A DNA stretch of 64,000 nucleotides from Thermoanaerobaculia bacterium (GCA_963666565.1 OY762911.1:704001-768000), one strand, 5' to 3'; positions 10,409 through 20,511 are shown, counted from the first letter of the stretch. The notes: generated by a model not told the origin, from the letters alone. A program made the numbers and translations.

Positions 10409-10514
10409 CGACGCAGGCAGGCGCCCCAGCGAGATCAGAACCGCTTCCTCCGGGAAGCAGACGAGGCCAACGAAGATCAAGCCCGTGAAGCCGCCTCCTC
10501 CAAAGAAGAAGTAG
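10389..10514 (+). CDS. Putative 41-aa basic Pro/Lys-tailed peptide
   Basis: MSSRRHSDAGRRPSEIRTASSGKQTRPTKIKPVKPPPPKKK*, overlapping the end of the SLATT-like gene. Confidence 0.35.
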   Translation: MSSRRHSDAGRRPSEIRTASSGKQTRPTKIKPVKPPPPKKK

Positions 10515-10608
10515 CGCGCCACCGTCTCCGCCGGGTGCGCGGATCTTCTGATCCGCTGCCGCCGAAGGCGGCCAGGAAGGCGCGACGGCCGAAGGCCGTC
10601 TCCCCCAG

Positions 10609-11943
10609 TCAGGCGCCGAACTTGCGGAGCTTTCCCGCGTTCGCCAGCAGCAGGCCCATCAGGTCGCTGGATGGGATCGTGCCGACGGCGCCGCGGATGG
10701 CCTCGGTCTCGGTGAAGCGCGCGCACTCGTCGACGAAGCAGCGGTCCGACCGGAGGAGCAGGGGCACGGGGTGCCAACTGTGGGCCTTCATCGGCGCCGG
10801 CGTGGAGTGGTCGCCGGTGATCGCCAGCACGTCGGGACCGAGGCCGAGCAGCCGGGGCAGCAGGGTGTCGACCTCCTCGATCGCGGCAACCTTCGCCGGC
10901 AGGTCGCCGTCCTCGCCCGCCGCGTCGGTGCCCTTGACGTGGAGGAAGAAGTAGTCGAAGTCGGTCCAGCGTTCTTCCAGCCGGTCGAGCGCCTCGCCGA
11001 GGCTCTTGCCGCACTCGACGACCTCCATGCCGCAGACCTTCGCCACGCCGCGGTAGAGCGGGTAGCCGGCAAGCGCCGCCGCCCGCAGGCCGTACAGCTC
11101 GCCGACGCCGGGCAGCGCCGGCAGCTTCGAGAAGCCCCGGAGCAGGAACGAGTTGGCCCGATCCTCGTCCCGGAGTTCCGCCTGCAGCGCGGCGACCGCC
11201 CGCGCGATGCGGCCGGCCGTCGACCGAGCCGACTCGATCGGCAGCGGCGGCACGCCGGTCCGCTGCGGGTCCGTGTCGGCCAGGTCCGCGTCCAGCGGCG
11301 GCGTCCCCTCGCGCGCCCGGAACAGGAGCACGAACCGGTGGGACTCGCCCGGATGAACCTCGACCTCCACGCCGTCGCCCAGCGTTCCGCCGGCCGCCTC
11401 GATCCGCCGCGCGAGCCGGGCGCAGATCCGCCGGCCCTCCGCGCTCGGGATCCGCCCGGCGCGCCGGTCCGTCAACAGGCCCTCCGCGTCGACCGTGGCG
11501 AAGTTGCATCGCGCCGCCACCGTGTCGGCGGTCACGTCGAGCCCGAGCCCCAGCGCCTCCAGGACGCCGCGGCCGATGTCCGCTTGCGGCGCCGTCGGTT
11601 CGTACCCGAACAGCGCCAGATGGCCCGGTCCGCTGCCCGGCGTGATGCCCGTGCCGGCCGGGACCAGGCGGCCGAGAGCCGACCGCGCCGCCAGCCGGTC
11701 GAGGTTCGGCGTCCGCGCCTCCTCAAGGGCCGTCCGCGGCTGGACCGGAACGCGGGCGGGGCGCCCTCCTTCCGGGAGGGCCGTCCGCAGGTCGCCGACG
11801 CCGTCGAGCACCAGCAGCACGATCCGGCGCCCGTTCGGCTGCGCCAGCCGGCTCAGGAGCGCCAACCGCGCGCCCGACGACGCGTGCTCGGACCCGTTCG
11901 CGGCTGGCCCGCCAGCGCCCCGCCCGGGCGCCGTCCGTTCCAT
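10609..11943 (-). CDS. apgM: 2,3-bisphosphoglycerate-independent phosphoglycerate mutase (ApgM type)
   Basis: LLVLDGVGD, ARTPNLD, PGSGPGHLALFGY, DRRAGRI, FLHVKGTDAAGEDG, TGDHSTP, HSWHPVP. Confidence 0.9.
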   Translation of the reverse strand: MERTAPGRGAGGPAANGSEHASSGARLALLSRLAQPNGRRIVLLVLDGVGDLRTALPEGGRPARVPVQPRTALEEARTPNLDRLAARSALGRLVPAGTGITPGSGPGHLALFGYEPTAPQADIGRGVLEALGLGLDVTADTVAARCNFATVDAEGLLTDRRAGRIPSAEGRRICARLARRIEAAGGTLGDGVEVEVHPGESHRFVLLFRAREGTPPLDADLADTDPQRTGVPPLPIESARSTAGRIARAVAALQAELRDEDRANSFLLRGFSKLPALPGVGELYGLRAAALAGYPLYRGVAKVCGMEVVECGKSLGEALDRLEERWTDFDYFFLHVKGTDAAGEDGDLPAKVAAIEEVDTLLPRLLGLGPDVLAITGDHSTPAPMKAHSWHPVPLLLRSDRCFVDECARFTETEAIRGAVGTIPSSDLMGLLLANAGKLRKFGA

Positions 11944-11954
11944 CGCAGCCCCGC

Positions 11955-12371
11955 TCACGCGACGAAGTAGGCCGAAGCCCGGATCTGCACCCGCGCCCGG
12001 GACTGGAAGCCGCCGCCATGCAGCCGGAACGCCGAATCGCCCGACATCACCGGCAGGACGATCCAGCCGTCGAAGCTCTCGCCCCGGTTGTAGGGCGAGA
12101 CGACGGGTTCGAGCTCGGCCAGCCGGGTCCAGTGCCCGTCCTCCGAGAAGTTCGCCCTCAGCTCCAGGTAGGCCTTGTCGAGGTCGATGGTCTTCCCTTC
12201 GCGAGGGTGCCATACCGAGACGACGAAACGCATCTCGTCGTAGCGGCGCGTGTCCACGCGCGCGCCCTCCGGGCCCCTGAGCGCGTAGACGAAGGCGCCC
12301 TTGCTGTCCGTGGCGAAGATCTCCGGCGTGGCCTCGAAGGTCACGTGGAGCGGCTGGACGTTCTGGCTCAT
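11955..12371 (-). CDS. Hypothetical protein
   Basis: 138-aa ORF with protein-like composition, co-oriented with its neighbours. Confidence 0.7.
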   Translation of the reverse strand: MSQNVQPLHVTFEATPEIFATDSKGAFVYALRGPEGARVDTRRYDEMRFVVSVWHPREGKTIDLDKAYLELRANFSEDGHWTRLAELEPVVSPYNRGESFDGWIVLPVMSGDSAFRLHGGGFQSRARVQIRASAYFVA

Positions 12372-12466
12372 CGTCGAGGCAGCCGGTCGGCTTGCGTTAT
12401 CCCCAGTGCGTCAGGGCGTCGGACGGCCGGCCAGTCCGCGTCGGACCGCGCCGGGCCGCGGGCCGA

Positions 12467-12994
12467 TCAGCGGAAGCCGCGGCGCAGTTCGTTCCGGAAC
12501 GTCTGGAAGTTCTTCTCGCCGTGGAGGCAGACGACGACGCGCTCCAGCTTCGTGCCGCCCTGCAGGTACCGGTGCACCTCGGTCAGCAGGATGCGGGCGC
12601 AACGGGCGACCGGATAGCCGAAGATGCCGGTCGAGATCGCGGGGATCGCGATCGTGCGCTGGCCGTTGCGGTCGGCCAGGGCCAGCGACGCGCGCACGGC
12701 GGCGGCGAGCTTGCGATCCTCGTCGCCCTCGCCCATCCGCGGACCGACGGCGTGGATCACCTGCTTCGCCTTCAGGGTGCCGGCGCCCGTCATCACCGCG
12801 GTGCCGACCGGCGTGCCGCCGATGCGGTTGCACTCGTCCTGGATGGACGTGCCGCCCTTCTCGCGCACTGCGCCGGCGACGCCGCCGCCCAGTTTCAGTT
12901 CCTCGTTGGCCGGATTGACGATGGCGTCGACTTCCAGCTCCGTGATGTCGCCCTCGATCAGTTCGAGCAGCGTATCGTTCATCCTGACGGCCAC
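12467..12994 (-). CDS. Macro domain protein (ADP-ribose binding/hydrolase, YmdB-like)
   Basis: GDITE, DAIVNPAN, GGGVAGA, VIHAVGP, IAIPAISTGIFGYP; GTG start after GGGGAG. Confidence 0.9.
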   Translation of the reverse strand: MAVRMNDTLLELIEGDITELEVDAIVNPANEELKLGGGVAGAVREKGGTSIQDECNRIGGTPVGTAVMTGAGTLKAKQVIHAVGPRMGEGDEDRKLAAAVRASLALADRNGQRTIAIPAISTGIFGYPVARCARILLTEVHRYLQGGTKLERVVVCLHGEKNFQTFRNELRRGFR

Positions 12995-13316
12995 TACGTA
13001 CTCCCCAAAGCTGTCTGCCGCGAGCCGCGGCACGACGGCCGGTGCGGCCGGTGCGCCAAGGCCAGTTTTCGCGGAACTGCCGAAGCGTGTTTCGAGCGGC
13101 AGGATTCTATCGCAGTTGTGAAGACTGTGGCGTTTCGCCGGTACGGCTGCGCGTGAGCCTCGTTCGGTTGGAGCGGTCGTGACGGCCGGCGGGTCCTGAG
13201 GGCCGCCTTCGGCGGCAGCGGGTCAGCACCCTGGGGGCGCGTCCCGCGCCACCAGCGTCCCAGTCCGAGCGCCCGTCTTCGGGCGGTCGGATGGTCAGAC
13301 CCGCGCACCCAGCCAG

Positions 13317-14744
13317 CTAGAAGAGATCGCCGTCGCCCTTCGTGTAGTAGCCCCCGGCCCGCATCCGTTCGACGGCGTCGCGGCTGACGAACGGCACCAT
13401 GATCGCCACCAGGCCCTCCGGTTCGGGCCGCCGCGCGAAGCCGAGCCGCTCGATCTCCCTCGACCACCAGGCCGGCCTCTCGCTGAACCAGCCGCCGACC
13501 GGCAAGGCTGGACCGACGCCTCCGGCGCCGGGCGCCCGGATCCCGGCCACCAGCGCCCGCAACGCGGGGAGCTCCGCCGGATCGACCAGGACGTCGCCCA
13601 GTTCCACGCGGTCCGGCAGCCGCTTCGCGGCCGCCCAGCCCGCCAGGCGCCCGCGCCGGAAGGCGGCGAGCAGCTCGATGTCCCGGTCGGGGCAGTCCAG
13701 GTAGCGCCAGCGCAGGTACTCGGCGGAGCGCTCCACCAGCAGGCCGTACCGATCGACGGTCCGCTCGACCAGCGCGTCGAACTCGGCGCCGATGTGGGTG
13801 CGTTCCGCAATCCGCTGCAGCTCGTAGCGGCGTCCGAGACGCCGGCGGCCGCCGAGCCGCGCGTCGCCGGGCAACTCGCGCCAGGGGGCGTCCTCCACGA
13901 CCTCGGCGCCCACGTAGCGCGTGGAGAACTTCGTGATGTTGCCCGTGTTGAAGCCGTAGTTGAAGGCGACGCGGCCGTTGCAGTGCGTCAGGTAGAAGTG
14001 CCGCGACGTGCGCGCGAGCACGCTCGTCGGCCCGCGGCCCACGCCGCGCGCGCCCCGGCGGGTCATCGTGTCGCCGACCTGGTGGCCCTCGGCGGGGACC
14101 GACGGCGGCAGGCCGCGCCAGCGCACCGGGTACGCGCAGTACTGGCAGACGAGTTCGCCGCCGGGGTCGAAGGCGAGCGAGATCCGCGGGCCGCCGCGCG
14201 GGTTGTCGAGGTACCTCCAGCGCCAGCGCTCCAGGCCCAGGTCCCTGCCGAAGCTGTCGCGGAAGAGCTCGAGGATGGCGACCTCGTCGCCGGGCCGGTA
14301 GCCGCGGATGCGGTAGCCGTCCCGGCGAGCGCGGACGACGCGGAACGCGGGCGATCCGGCGCTTGCCCGCTCGCGCAGCGGACGGAAGCCGGCTTCGAGG
14401 AGGGCGAGGACGACACGGTCGTAGCCGCCGGCGGCGGGTTCGGCGGAGCGGCAGGCATCGCCGCCGACGGAGGCAGCGGCGGGGTCGGCGGCGCGCCCGG
14501 GATCGTCCCTGCCGTCAGCGGCGGTGGAGTCGTTGGCCGTCCAGCCGATCAGCACTTCGTCGGGGAGGGCGTCCGCGTCGTCGACCGGCTGCGAACCGGC
14601 GACGAGACGGGTCGCGTCCGCCGGCAGCGCGGCGAGGTCGCCCCGCGGCAAGACGCCGGCTACCGCGCGGTCGAGGTCGTTCTCGGGCGCCGCGCCCGCG
14701 CGCAGACGCTCGAGAGACCGATTCCAGGCCGCCTCCGCGCTCAC
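13317..14744 (-). CDS. GNAT-fold acetyltransferase-like protein
   Basis: IRGYRPGDE, WRWRYLDNP, QVGDTMT, FNYGFN, RSAEYLRWRY motifs; start uncertain. Confidence 0.65.
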   Translation of the reverse strand: MSAEAAWNRSLERLRAGAAPENDLDRAVAGVLPRGDLAALPADATRLVAGSQPVDDADALPDEVLIGWTANDSTAADGRDDPGRAADPAAASVGGDACRSAEPAAGGYDRVVLALLEAGFRPLRERASAGSPAFRVVRARRDGYRIRGYRPGDEVAILELFRDSFGRDLGLERWRWRYLDNPRGGPRISLAFDPGGELVCQYCAYPVRWRGLPPSVPAEGHQVGDTMTRRGARGVGRGPTSVLARTSRHFYLTHCNGRVAFNYGFNTGNITKFSTRYVGAEVVEDAPWRELPGDARLGGRRRLGRRYELQRIAERTHIGAEFDALVERTVDRYGLLVERSAEYLRWRYLDCPDRDIELLAAFRRGRLAGWAAAKRLPDRVELGDVLVDPAELPALRALVAGIRAPGAGGVGPALPVGGWFSERPAWWSREIERLGFARRPEPEGLVAIMVPFVSRDAVERMRAGGYYTKGDGDLF

Positions 14745-14763
14745 GCCGGGGATGCTACTTCCC

Positions 14764-14932
14764 GCTGGGTGCGCGGGTCTTCCGACCCGCACTGGGTGCG
14801 CGGGTCTTCTGACCCGCTGCCGCCGCAGGCGGCGAAAGAACCGTCGCCGACCTTCGGCCGGCGTCCACTCTCCTCGGGCTGCGCCGCTCCGCGGCTTCGC
14901 CCGCATGCGGGTCGGAAGACCCGCGCACCCAG
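14764..14932. repeat. REPIN-like element
   Basis: Two direct REPs, internal hairpins and one inverted REP. Confidence 0.85.
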
Positions 14933-14940
14933 CGGGCCGG

Positions 14941-16080
14941 CTAGGGCGTGACGCGGATCCACAGGTTCGACCCCGTGCCGGCACGCACGTCCGGCGGAAT
15001 CTCGAAGTCCGCGGCCTCGCCGGCGGCGACGCGGCAGCCCGCGGCCGGCACGCCCAGCGGCAACGTCGTCACCTCGACCCACGTCTCGCGGCCCTCCGCG
15101 CCGCCACCCGCGGCAAGTTCCGGCGCCTCCTCGAACCGTCTCGGCACGCGCTCCAGCCAGCGCAGCAGCGCCGCGAACCACGCCCCGTACCGGCGCCGCC
15201 GGAACCGGGCAGCAGACTCCTCGAACCACAGCCGTGCCCGCGGTTCCCGCTGCGCGCTCTGGTCGTACGCGTGGACGCAGCGCGCCGCCGGCGCCAGCAC
15301 GGCCCGCACGCCGGCACGCCGCGCTCGCAGCAGCCACTCCGTCTCCTCGAAGTACAGGCGGTAGCCCTCGTCGAACCGCCCGACCCGCCGCCAGCCGTCC
15401 CGCGTAACCGCCAGGCAGGCGCCGGTCAGCTCGTAGCAGGTCACGGGTTTCTCGGCCCGCCAGAACGCGCGGGCGCGCCGCCGCCAGCGCCGGCGGAACC
15501 CGCGGCCCCAGGCCGGCCAGCGTTCCGCGAGCGCCGCGTCCAGCTCGGCCCGCCGGGTCCGGAGCTGCTGCGGCGGCAGCATCAACCGGCAGCCCTCGTC
15601 CCAGAACAGCCGCGGGCCGGCAATCTCGGCACCCGGACCCGCGCCAGCGCCGGATTCCGCAACACCGCCGGAACCCGTCTCGCTGCCGGAACCCGCGCCA
15701 CCGCCGCCGAAACCCGCAACTTCGGCACCCGCCTCCACAACGTCCACGCCGCCCAGCGCATCGAGCAACGCCCGCAGGCAGCCGGCCTCGACCGTCACGT
15801 CCGCGTTCATCAGCAGCAGCACGTCCCCCGCCGTGTGCTCCACGCCCAGGTTGATGCCGGCGGCGTAGCCGAGGTTCCCGGGCGGCCGCAGCACTTGCGC
15901 GGGGAGATCCTCCGGCGCCGCGTCTTCGGCGTTACCGGCCGCGGACTCTTCCGCGGCGCCGTTGTCGACGACGACGATTTCGAGCGCCAGCGCCGACGCC
16001 CGCGCATCCTCGCGAAGCGCGGCCACGGCGGCCTCAAGACGCTGCGGCGTCCGGTAGTGGACGATGACCGCGGAGATCAT
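14941..16080 (-). CDS. Glycosyltransferase family 2
   Basis: ISAVIVHY, IVVVDN, NLGYAAGIN, LLMNAD, GACLAV, FDEGYRLYFEETEW. Confidence 0.85.
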   Translation of the reverse strand: MISAVIVHYRTPQRLEAAVAALREDARASALALEIVVVDNGAAEESAAGNAEDAAPEDLPAQVLRPPGNLGYAAGINLGVEHTAGDVLLLMNADVTVEAGCLRALLDALGGVDVVEAGAEVAGFGGGGAGSGSETGSGGVAESGAGAGPGAEIAGPRLFWDEGCRLMLPPQQLRTRRAELDAALAERWPAWGRGFRRRWRRRARAFWRAEKPVTCYELTGACLAVTRDGWRRVGRFDEGYRLYFEETEWLLRARRAGVRAVLAPAARCVHAYDQSAQREPRARLWFEESAARFRRRRYGAWFAALLRWLERVPRRFEEAPELAAGGGAEGRETWVEVTTLPLGVPAAGCRVAAGEAADFEIPPDVRAGTGSNLWIRVTP

Positions 16081-16173
16081 TGGGCTCGCGCTCGCCGCTT
16101 CGCGGCGTCGCGCCCGGTGCGGGTCAGAAGACCCGCGCACCCAGTGCTCGACCCGCCGCACACCGGCAGTGCG

Positions 16174-16950
16174 TCAGATCTCGTCTGCGAGGCCATGCTT
16201 CAGCCGGGCGAACAGCGCGCCGCCGAAGACCACCGCGGCGAGCGTCGTGGCGAGCAGCGGCGCCAGGCTCACCGGGACCTCGCCGCCCAGGAACGCGGCG
16301 CGGTAGAGGTAGACTAGGCCGGTCAGCGGGTTCCACTCCAGCAGTTCCCGATACGGTTGCCGCGTGATGTAGAACAGGGAGTAGATGATCGGCGTCACGT
16401 AGAACCACGCGTTCAGGGCCAGGCCCACCGCCTGGGCCGTGTCGCGGAAGTAGACGTTCACCGCCGCCAGCCCCAGGCCGAGCCCGAACGTCAACGCCGC
16501 CTGCAGGGGCACGGCGACGAGCAGCAGCGGCAAGGTCCCGACGGACAGCTCGCCGATCAGGGCCAGGATGACGACGAACACGGCGCCCCCCACCGCCGCA
16601 TGGAGCAGGGCGCCGAGCACCAGCGACGCCACCAGCAGCTCGCCCGGCAGCCGCATCTTCTTGACCAGGTCGGCGTTATCCGTGATCGCCGACGCCGAGC
16701 GGCTGACCCCCTCGTGGATCGCCATCCACGGCAACAGGCCGCAGAACAGGAAGACGCCGAAGTTCTCCGTCCCCTCCTGGTCGAACGGGAGGCGCAGCAC
16801 GAGCGAGAACACGAAGGTGAAAAGCAGGAGCTGCCACAGCGGGTTCAGCAGCGACCAGGCGAGCCCGAGCGCCGAGCCGGCGTAGCGCGAGCGCACGTTG
16901 CGAACGACGAGTTCGCGCAGCAGGAACAGGTGCTGGCGGCGCTTTCGCAT
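16174..16950 (-). CDS. wzm: ABC-2 polysaccharide exporter permease (Wzm-like)
   Basis: RSRYAGSALGLAWSLLNPL, GLLPWM, NADLVKK, FYVTPIIY, NPL; multiple TM helices. Confidence 0.85.
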   Translation of the reverse strand: MRKRRQHLFLLRELVVRNVRSRYAGSALGLAWSLLNPLWQLLLFTFVFSLVLRLPFDQEGTENFGVFLFCGLLPWMAIHEGVSRSASAITDNADLVKKMRLPGELLVASLVLGALLHAAVGGAVFVVILALIGELSVGTLPLLLVAVPLQAALTFGLGLGLAAVNVYFRDTAQAVGLALNAWFYVTPIIYSLFYITRQPYRELLEWNPLTGLVYLYRAAFLGGEVPVSLAPLLATTLAAVVFGGALFARLKHGLADEI

Positions 16951-17093
16951 TCTCGTCGGCGGAGACTAGCGGATTCCGGCGAGAGCAGACCGTGCCGGCG
17001 GCGCCTCCCACGCGACCGAACCCGGGTCGCTCTCGGCCGGCGACGGGGCCGCTTCGCGAACCCGGCCTTGCTCCAGCGCCGGCAGGCGAAGGC

Positions 17094-18551
17094 TCACCGA
17101 ATCGGCTGGACGCCGCCCTTGCGGCCCAAGCCATAGCCGACCCTGAACACATCGGGCATGTTCACCCGGCCGTCCCTCATCCGCTGAACGACGTTCAGCG
17201 CCTCGAGGTCCCGCCGGACGCCTTCGGCGCCTTCCTCGAAGTGAGGGGGCGGCAACTTGACATCCCCCTGAGCCCCAGCCTCGACCAAGCGACGCACACC
17301 GCCCTCGTCGCTCCATTTTGCCTTGATCTCGCTGAAGTCGCAGGGCACGACCATGCCGGCGAGAGGCTCCAGCACGCGGTGTACCCACGGGTAGTCCTCC
17401 TGAATCTCCTGAACCCGTATCTTCGACGCTTCCTGGACTCCGCGCTTGAGGCTTTCGTAGTGCAACGCGACGCGGTGGTCGGGGTACCGGTCCCCCGTGT
17501 CCTCGGCCGCCGCCCGCAGGGCAGCAAGAAAAGTCCGCGGGCTCACCCGGCGCGCACCGTCTCCCAGGCGCCCGTGAACCCACCGATAGGGCAAACCTCG
17601 TCGCCGGTCCCGCCCCATCCAGGGGCCGGTCAGTTCGTGGAACTTCTCTCGGTCATACTCCTCATCCAGAACCAGGAAACGAGGCACGAAGAAGAGAGTC
17701 AACTGCTGCACTTCTGCCGACCGCCAGTCCTCAAAGCCAAGGAACTCGCGGAAGATCTCGCCATGCTGTTGTCCGTTCGCGAGAACATGCCAGAGCAGGC
17801 CGTAGAGTTCGGGGCGCGGCCAGTTGAGCTCGGCGCTTGAGGACAAGAGCTTCGAAGCATCCGGGAAGCTCCTGAGTCCCGGTTCGCTGAACTGATCCGG
17901 ACGGAGGAACACCTTTGCCCGTAGCCGCCGGTAAGAGCGCAAGTCGTGAACGCTCTGCAAGAGGCCGCGAATCACCCCCGACATGGTCTGCCAGTCGTCC
18001 GCGCAACGGTCCAGCGCGTCGAAAAGAACCAGGCAATGCTCGCCACGCGACGCGTACTCCCCATCGCGTTCTTCGAACAGCCGCGCGATGGCCTCCGGGT
18101 TCCCGCGGACGAACCGCGCGCGCTCGGACCAACGCTCACACCGCGCAACCGGGTGTTCTCGCGGGGCGATCTGCTTGGCCAGCACCGTCCACCACAACAG
18201 CCTCGGTTCAAGTCCGCCCTCGACCAGGTTCAGCAACGTGTCCTTGTCCGGATACTTCCCGGAATCCGGCTTCATCCCGAAACCGACCCGCACGTCGATC
18301 TTTCTCCACTCGTTCCGCCGAGTGTCTCCCTGATGCACCAAATCGCGCACCGTCCGGTCCTGAAGCGCACTCCACCAGAATGTCTTGCCGGCGCCCCTCA
18401 TGCCCACGACCACCAACCGGTCCAAGTCGAGCGCCTTCCGATGCGACGGCGGCAGATAGACGAGATCCGGCGGCGGCGCCTCGCCGTAGCTCGTTCCTTC
18501 CGGCAACGACCGGAACGCCTCGCGCGCCTCTGCCACCGGAATGGCGGTCAT
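17094..18551 (-). CDS. P-loop ATPase (STAND-like) of a putative defence operon
   Basis: Walker A VVGMRGAGKT, Walker B LVLFDALD, KVFLRPD; start overlaps the upstream stop (ATGA). Confidence 0.75.
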   Translation of the reverse strand: MTAIPVAEAREAFRSLPEGTSYGEAPPPDLVYLPPSHRKALDLDRLVVVGMRGAGKTFWWSALQDRTVRDLVHQGDTRRNEWRKIDVRVGFGMKPDSGKYPDKDTLLNLVEGGLEPRLLWWTVLAKQIAPREHPVARCERWSERARFVRGNPEAIARLFEERDGEYASRGEHCLVLFDALDRCADDWQTMSGVIRGLLQSVHDLRSYRRLRAKVFLRPDQFSEPGLRSFPDASKLLSSSAELNWPRPELYGLLWHVLANGQQHGEIFREFLGFEDWRSAEVQQLTLFFVPRFLVLDEEYDREKFHELTGPWMGRDRRRGLPYRWVHGRLGDGARRVSPRTFLAALRAAAEDTGDRYPDHRVALHYESLKRGVQEASKIRVQEIQEDYPWVHRVLEPLAGMVVPCDFSEIKAKWSDEGGVRRLVEAGAQGDVKLPPPHFEEGAEGVRRDLEALNVVQRMRDGRVNMPDVFRVGYGLGRKGGVQPIR

Positions 18552-19837
18552 CGAGTACCGGGCGCCATCACGGCAACCAACTCGTCGAATCGAGCCAGGA
18601 ACTGGGCGTACGCCTGCTTCACCGGAGTTCGGTCCAAGTCTCGAAGCGACACGCCCCCCGCGAGGCCCCGCGTCCAATGAATCGGAAGGGGAACGTGGGG
18701 CGCGTCTTCCTCATCGAGCGCGAAACTGAACGGATCCCCCGCGGCCGGAACCTCTCCGCCGACGTCGTCGTAAAGACACCCCCTGAAGAGGTTCCACGAG
18801 CGTTCCGTGAAGCCCTCCAGGTACGAGTCGGTCTCAAGCTCCGGCGTCAACGCCGAGGCGACCCACAAACGCCCACGCAACCGATCCGCCAGACCGAGAT
18901 CCTTCCAGTGGCGAAAGATGATCCCGTAGTCGTCCCAGGTGCTCTCCGAGTCGACGGCGAACAGAAGAACCTGCGCGTTCAGGTCGGTCACCGTAGCGGC
19001 GGCCGCGTCGTGCAGGCCGCTTCGGCTCTCCAGCAGAACCGTCGAGGGCTCGTACTCCGCCTCGAGCGAGGCCAGCATCCGGGCAAGTCGCTGAGGCCAA
19101 GCCTCGTTCTCGCCGCCCATGTAGGCACGGCCCAGCTTCTCAAGGTACTCGCCCGGCTTCCGGCCGTGAGCAGCGACGATACGCACGTCGCCGTCCATGT
19201 CCAGCCCCCACTCCGGCGCACCCATCATGTCTCCCATGACCCGCTCGCCCTGGCCGACGAGATCCTCCACGAACCAGTCGACCACGCCGAACTTCGGCCG
19301 CCGTCCTTCATCGAGCATGGCCGAGGAAAGGCCCGGGGACTCCAGATCGAGATCGACCACCAGGACTCTCTCACCGCGTCGGGCAAGGTGCCAGGACATC
19401 ACCGCGGACGTGGTGCTTCTCCCGACGCCTCCCTTGACCGAGTAGAGAGCCCACCGTTGCGTCTCGCGTTCCTGCTCCGCGTCTCTCGCCGAGCCCCAAT
19501 CCTGCCCGGTCAGAAGCCGCTCCACGCGAAAAACGCCCGGCTCGACTACTCTCGCGGCTTCGGCAAGCGTCCCCAGAAGCTCGTCTTCCAGGAACTGGAG
19601 TCCCTCCTCGACCGGACAGCCGTAGGCGCCGAGCCCACGGTGCAGCGAGGCGGCCAGCGAGTCCAGGTAGTCGCGGGACTCGCGGTCGTCGGCGACTTCC
19701 GCCGGCGCCAGGATTCGGACCTTCCCGCGGAGGTCGCGGACGAAAAGGAACTCCGCCGCGGCCGGGCGTTTCCGTTCGCTCAGCGCCCGGTCCACGAGCG
19801 GCCAGACGTCGTCGAACGCGACGAGCGAGGCGCTCAT
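18548..19837 (-). CDS. ParA/MinD-like ATPase with variant KGGVGR Walker A
   Basis: YSVKGGVGRST, VLVVDLDLESPGL, ESRSGLH; N-terminal extension containing RDLRGKVR. Confidence 0.8.
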   Translation of the reverse strand: MSASLVAFDDVWPLVDRALSERKRPAAAEFLFVRDLRGKVRILAPAEVADDRESRDYLDSLAASLHRGLGAYGCPVEEGLQFLEDELLGTLAEAARVVEPGVFRVERLLTGQDWGSARDAEQERETQRWALYSVKGGVGRSTTSAVMSWHLARRGERVLVVDLDLESPGLSSAMLDEGRRPKFGVVDWFVEDLVGQGERVMGDMMGAPEWGLDMDGDVRIVAAHGRKPGEYLEKLGRAYMGGENEAWPQRLARMLASLEAEYEPSTVLLESRSGLHDAAAATVTDLNAQVLLFAVDSESTWDDYGIIFRHWKDLGLADRLRGRLWVASALTPELETDSYLEGFTERSWNLFRGCLYDDVGGEVPAAGDPFSFALDEEDAPHVPLPIHWTRGLAGGVSLRDLDRTPVKQAYAQFLARFDELVAVMAPGTR

Positions 19838-20265
19838 ACCGCGGTACCGACCAGTTCGTGCAGCACCATGAGGCGAACGGTGTCGGCGCCGCTTCTGTGC
19901 CGGGCACCAGACGAACGCCCGAAACCTGCGCTCGCCGCGTAGCGGTCGTCGATGGACCAATCATGGAAAGGGTTGTTCGACGGAAGCCGCCCCAGGAACC
20001 TCGCGCCACGCCGGCCCGCGGCAAAAGAGTGGAAAACCGGCCAGATCTCTCGTGCGTGGCGTCGGTGTCCAGGCTGGACCGGCCTCCCCTGCGGAGACAC
20101 CGGCATTCCGAGGTGGACCATCGCGGCCTTGATACCGCACTCCGCGCTGAAGCCGTGAAGCTGGCTGGCATTCGCCCAATGCCCCTTGGCGTAAAGCAGT
20201 TCGCCGTCCCGCCAGTGGCGGGCATGCGCATCAACGTAATCGGCGGGTCGGCTCACGGTAGTCAC
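19834..20265 (-). CDS. HEPN-like small protein
   Basis: AHARHWRDGELL..ANASQLHGFSAECGIKA and WSIDDRY resemble HEPN helices; stop overlaps the ParA-like start. Confidence 0.55.
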   Translation of the reverse strand: MTTVSRPADYVDAHARHWRDGELLYAKGHWANASQLHGFSAECGIKAAMVHLGMPVSPQGRPVQPGHRRHAREIWPVFHSFAAGRRGARFLGRLPSNNPFHDWSIDDRYAASAGFGRSSGARHRSGADTVRLMVLHELVGTAV

Positions 20266-20511
20266 GGCTTGCCCCGGATCGCCAGGGAGGACACCGGCAG
20301 GAGCCGGCAGGAAGCGAAGAGCGTATCGCAGCGGAGTCTCGGGGCACTGCACCACGACCCAAACGAGGAAGACTGGAGGCCGATTCCAACGAGCCGAAGC
20401 GACGACCGACCGGAAGGACGAGATCGTGAGCATGCGGCCGGCGACCGGAGTGCGGGTCAGAAGACCCGCGCACCCAGTGGCGGCCGGAGTGCGGGTCAGA
20501 AGACCCGCGCA

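Noticed and set aside
18548-19837. Plasmid or chromosome partition locus
   Set aside because: No ParB or parS; the variant Walker A and coupling to HEPN-like and NTPase genes argue otherwise.
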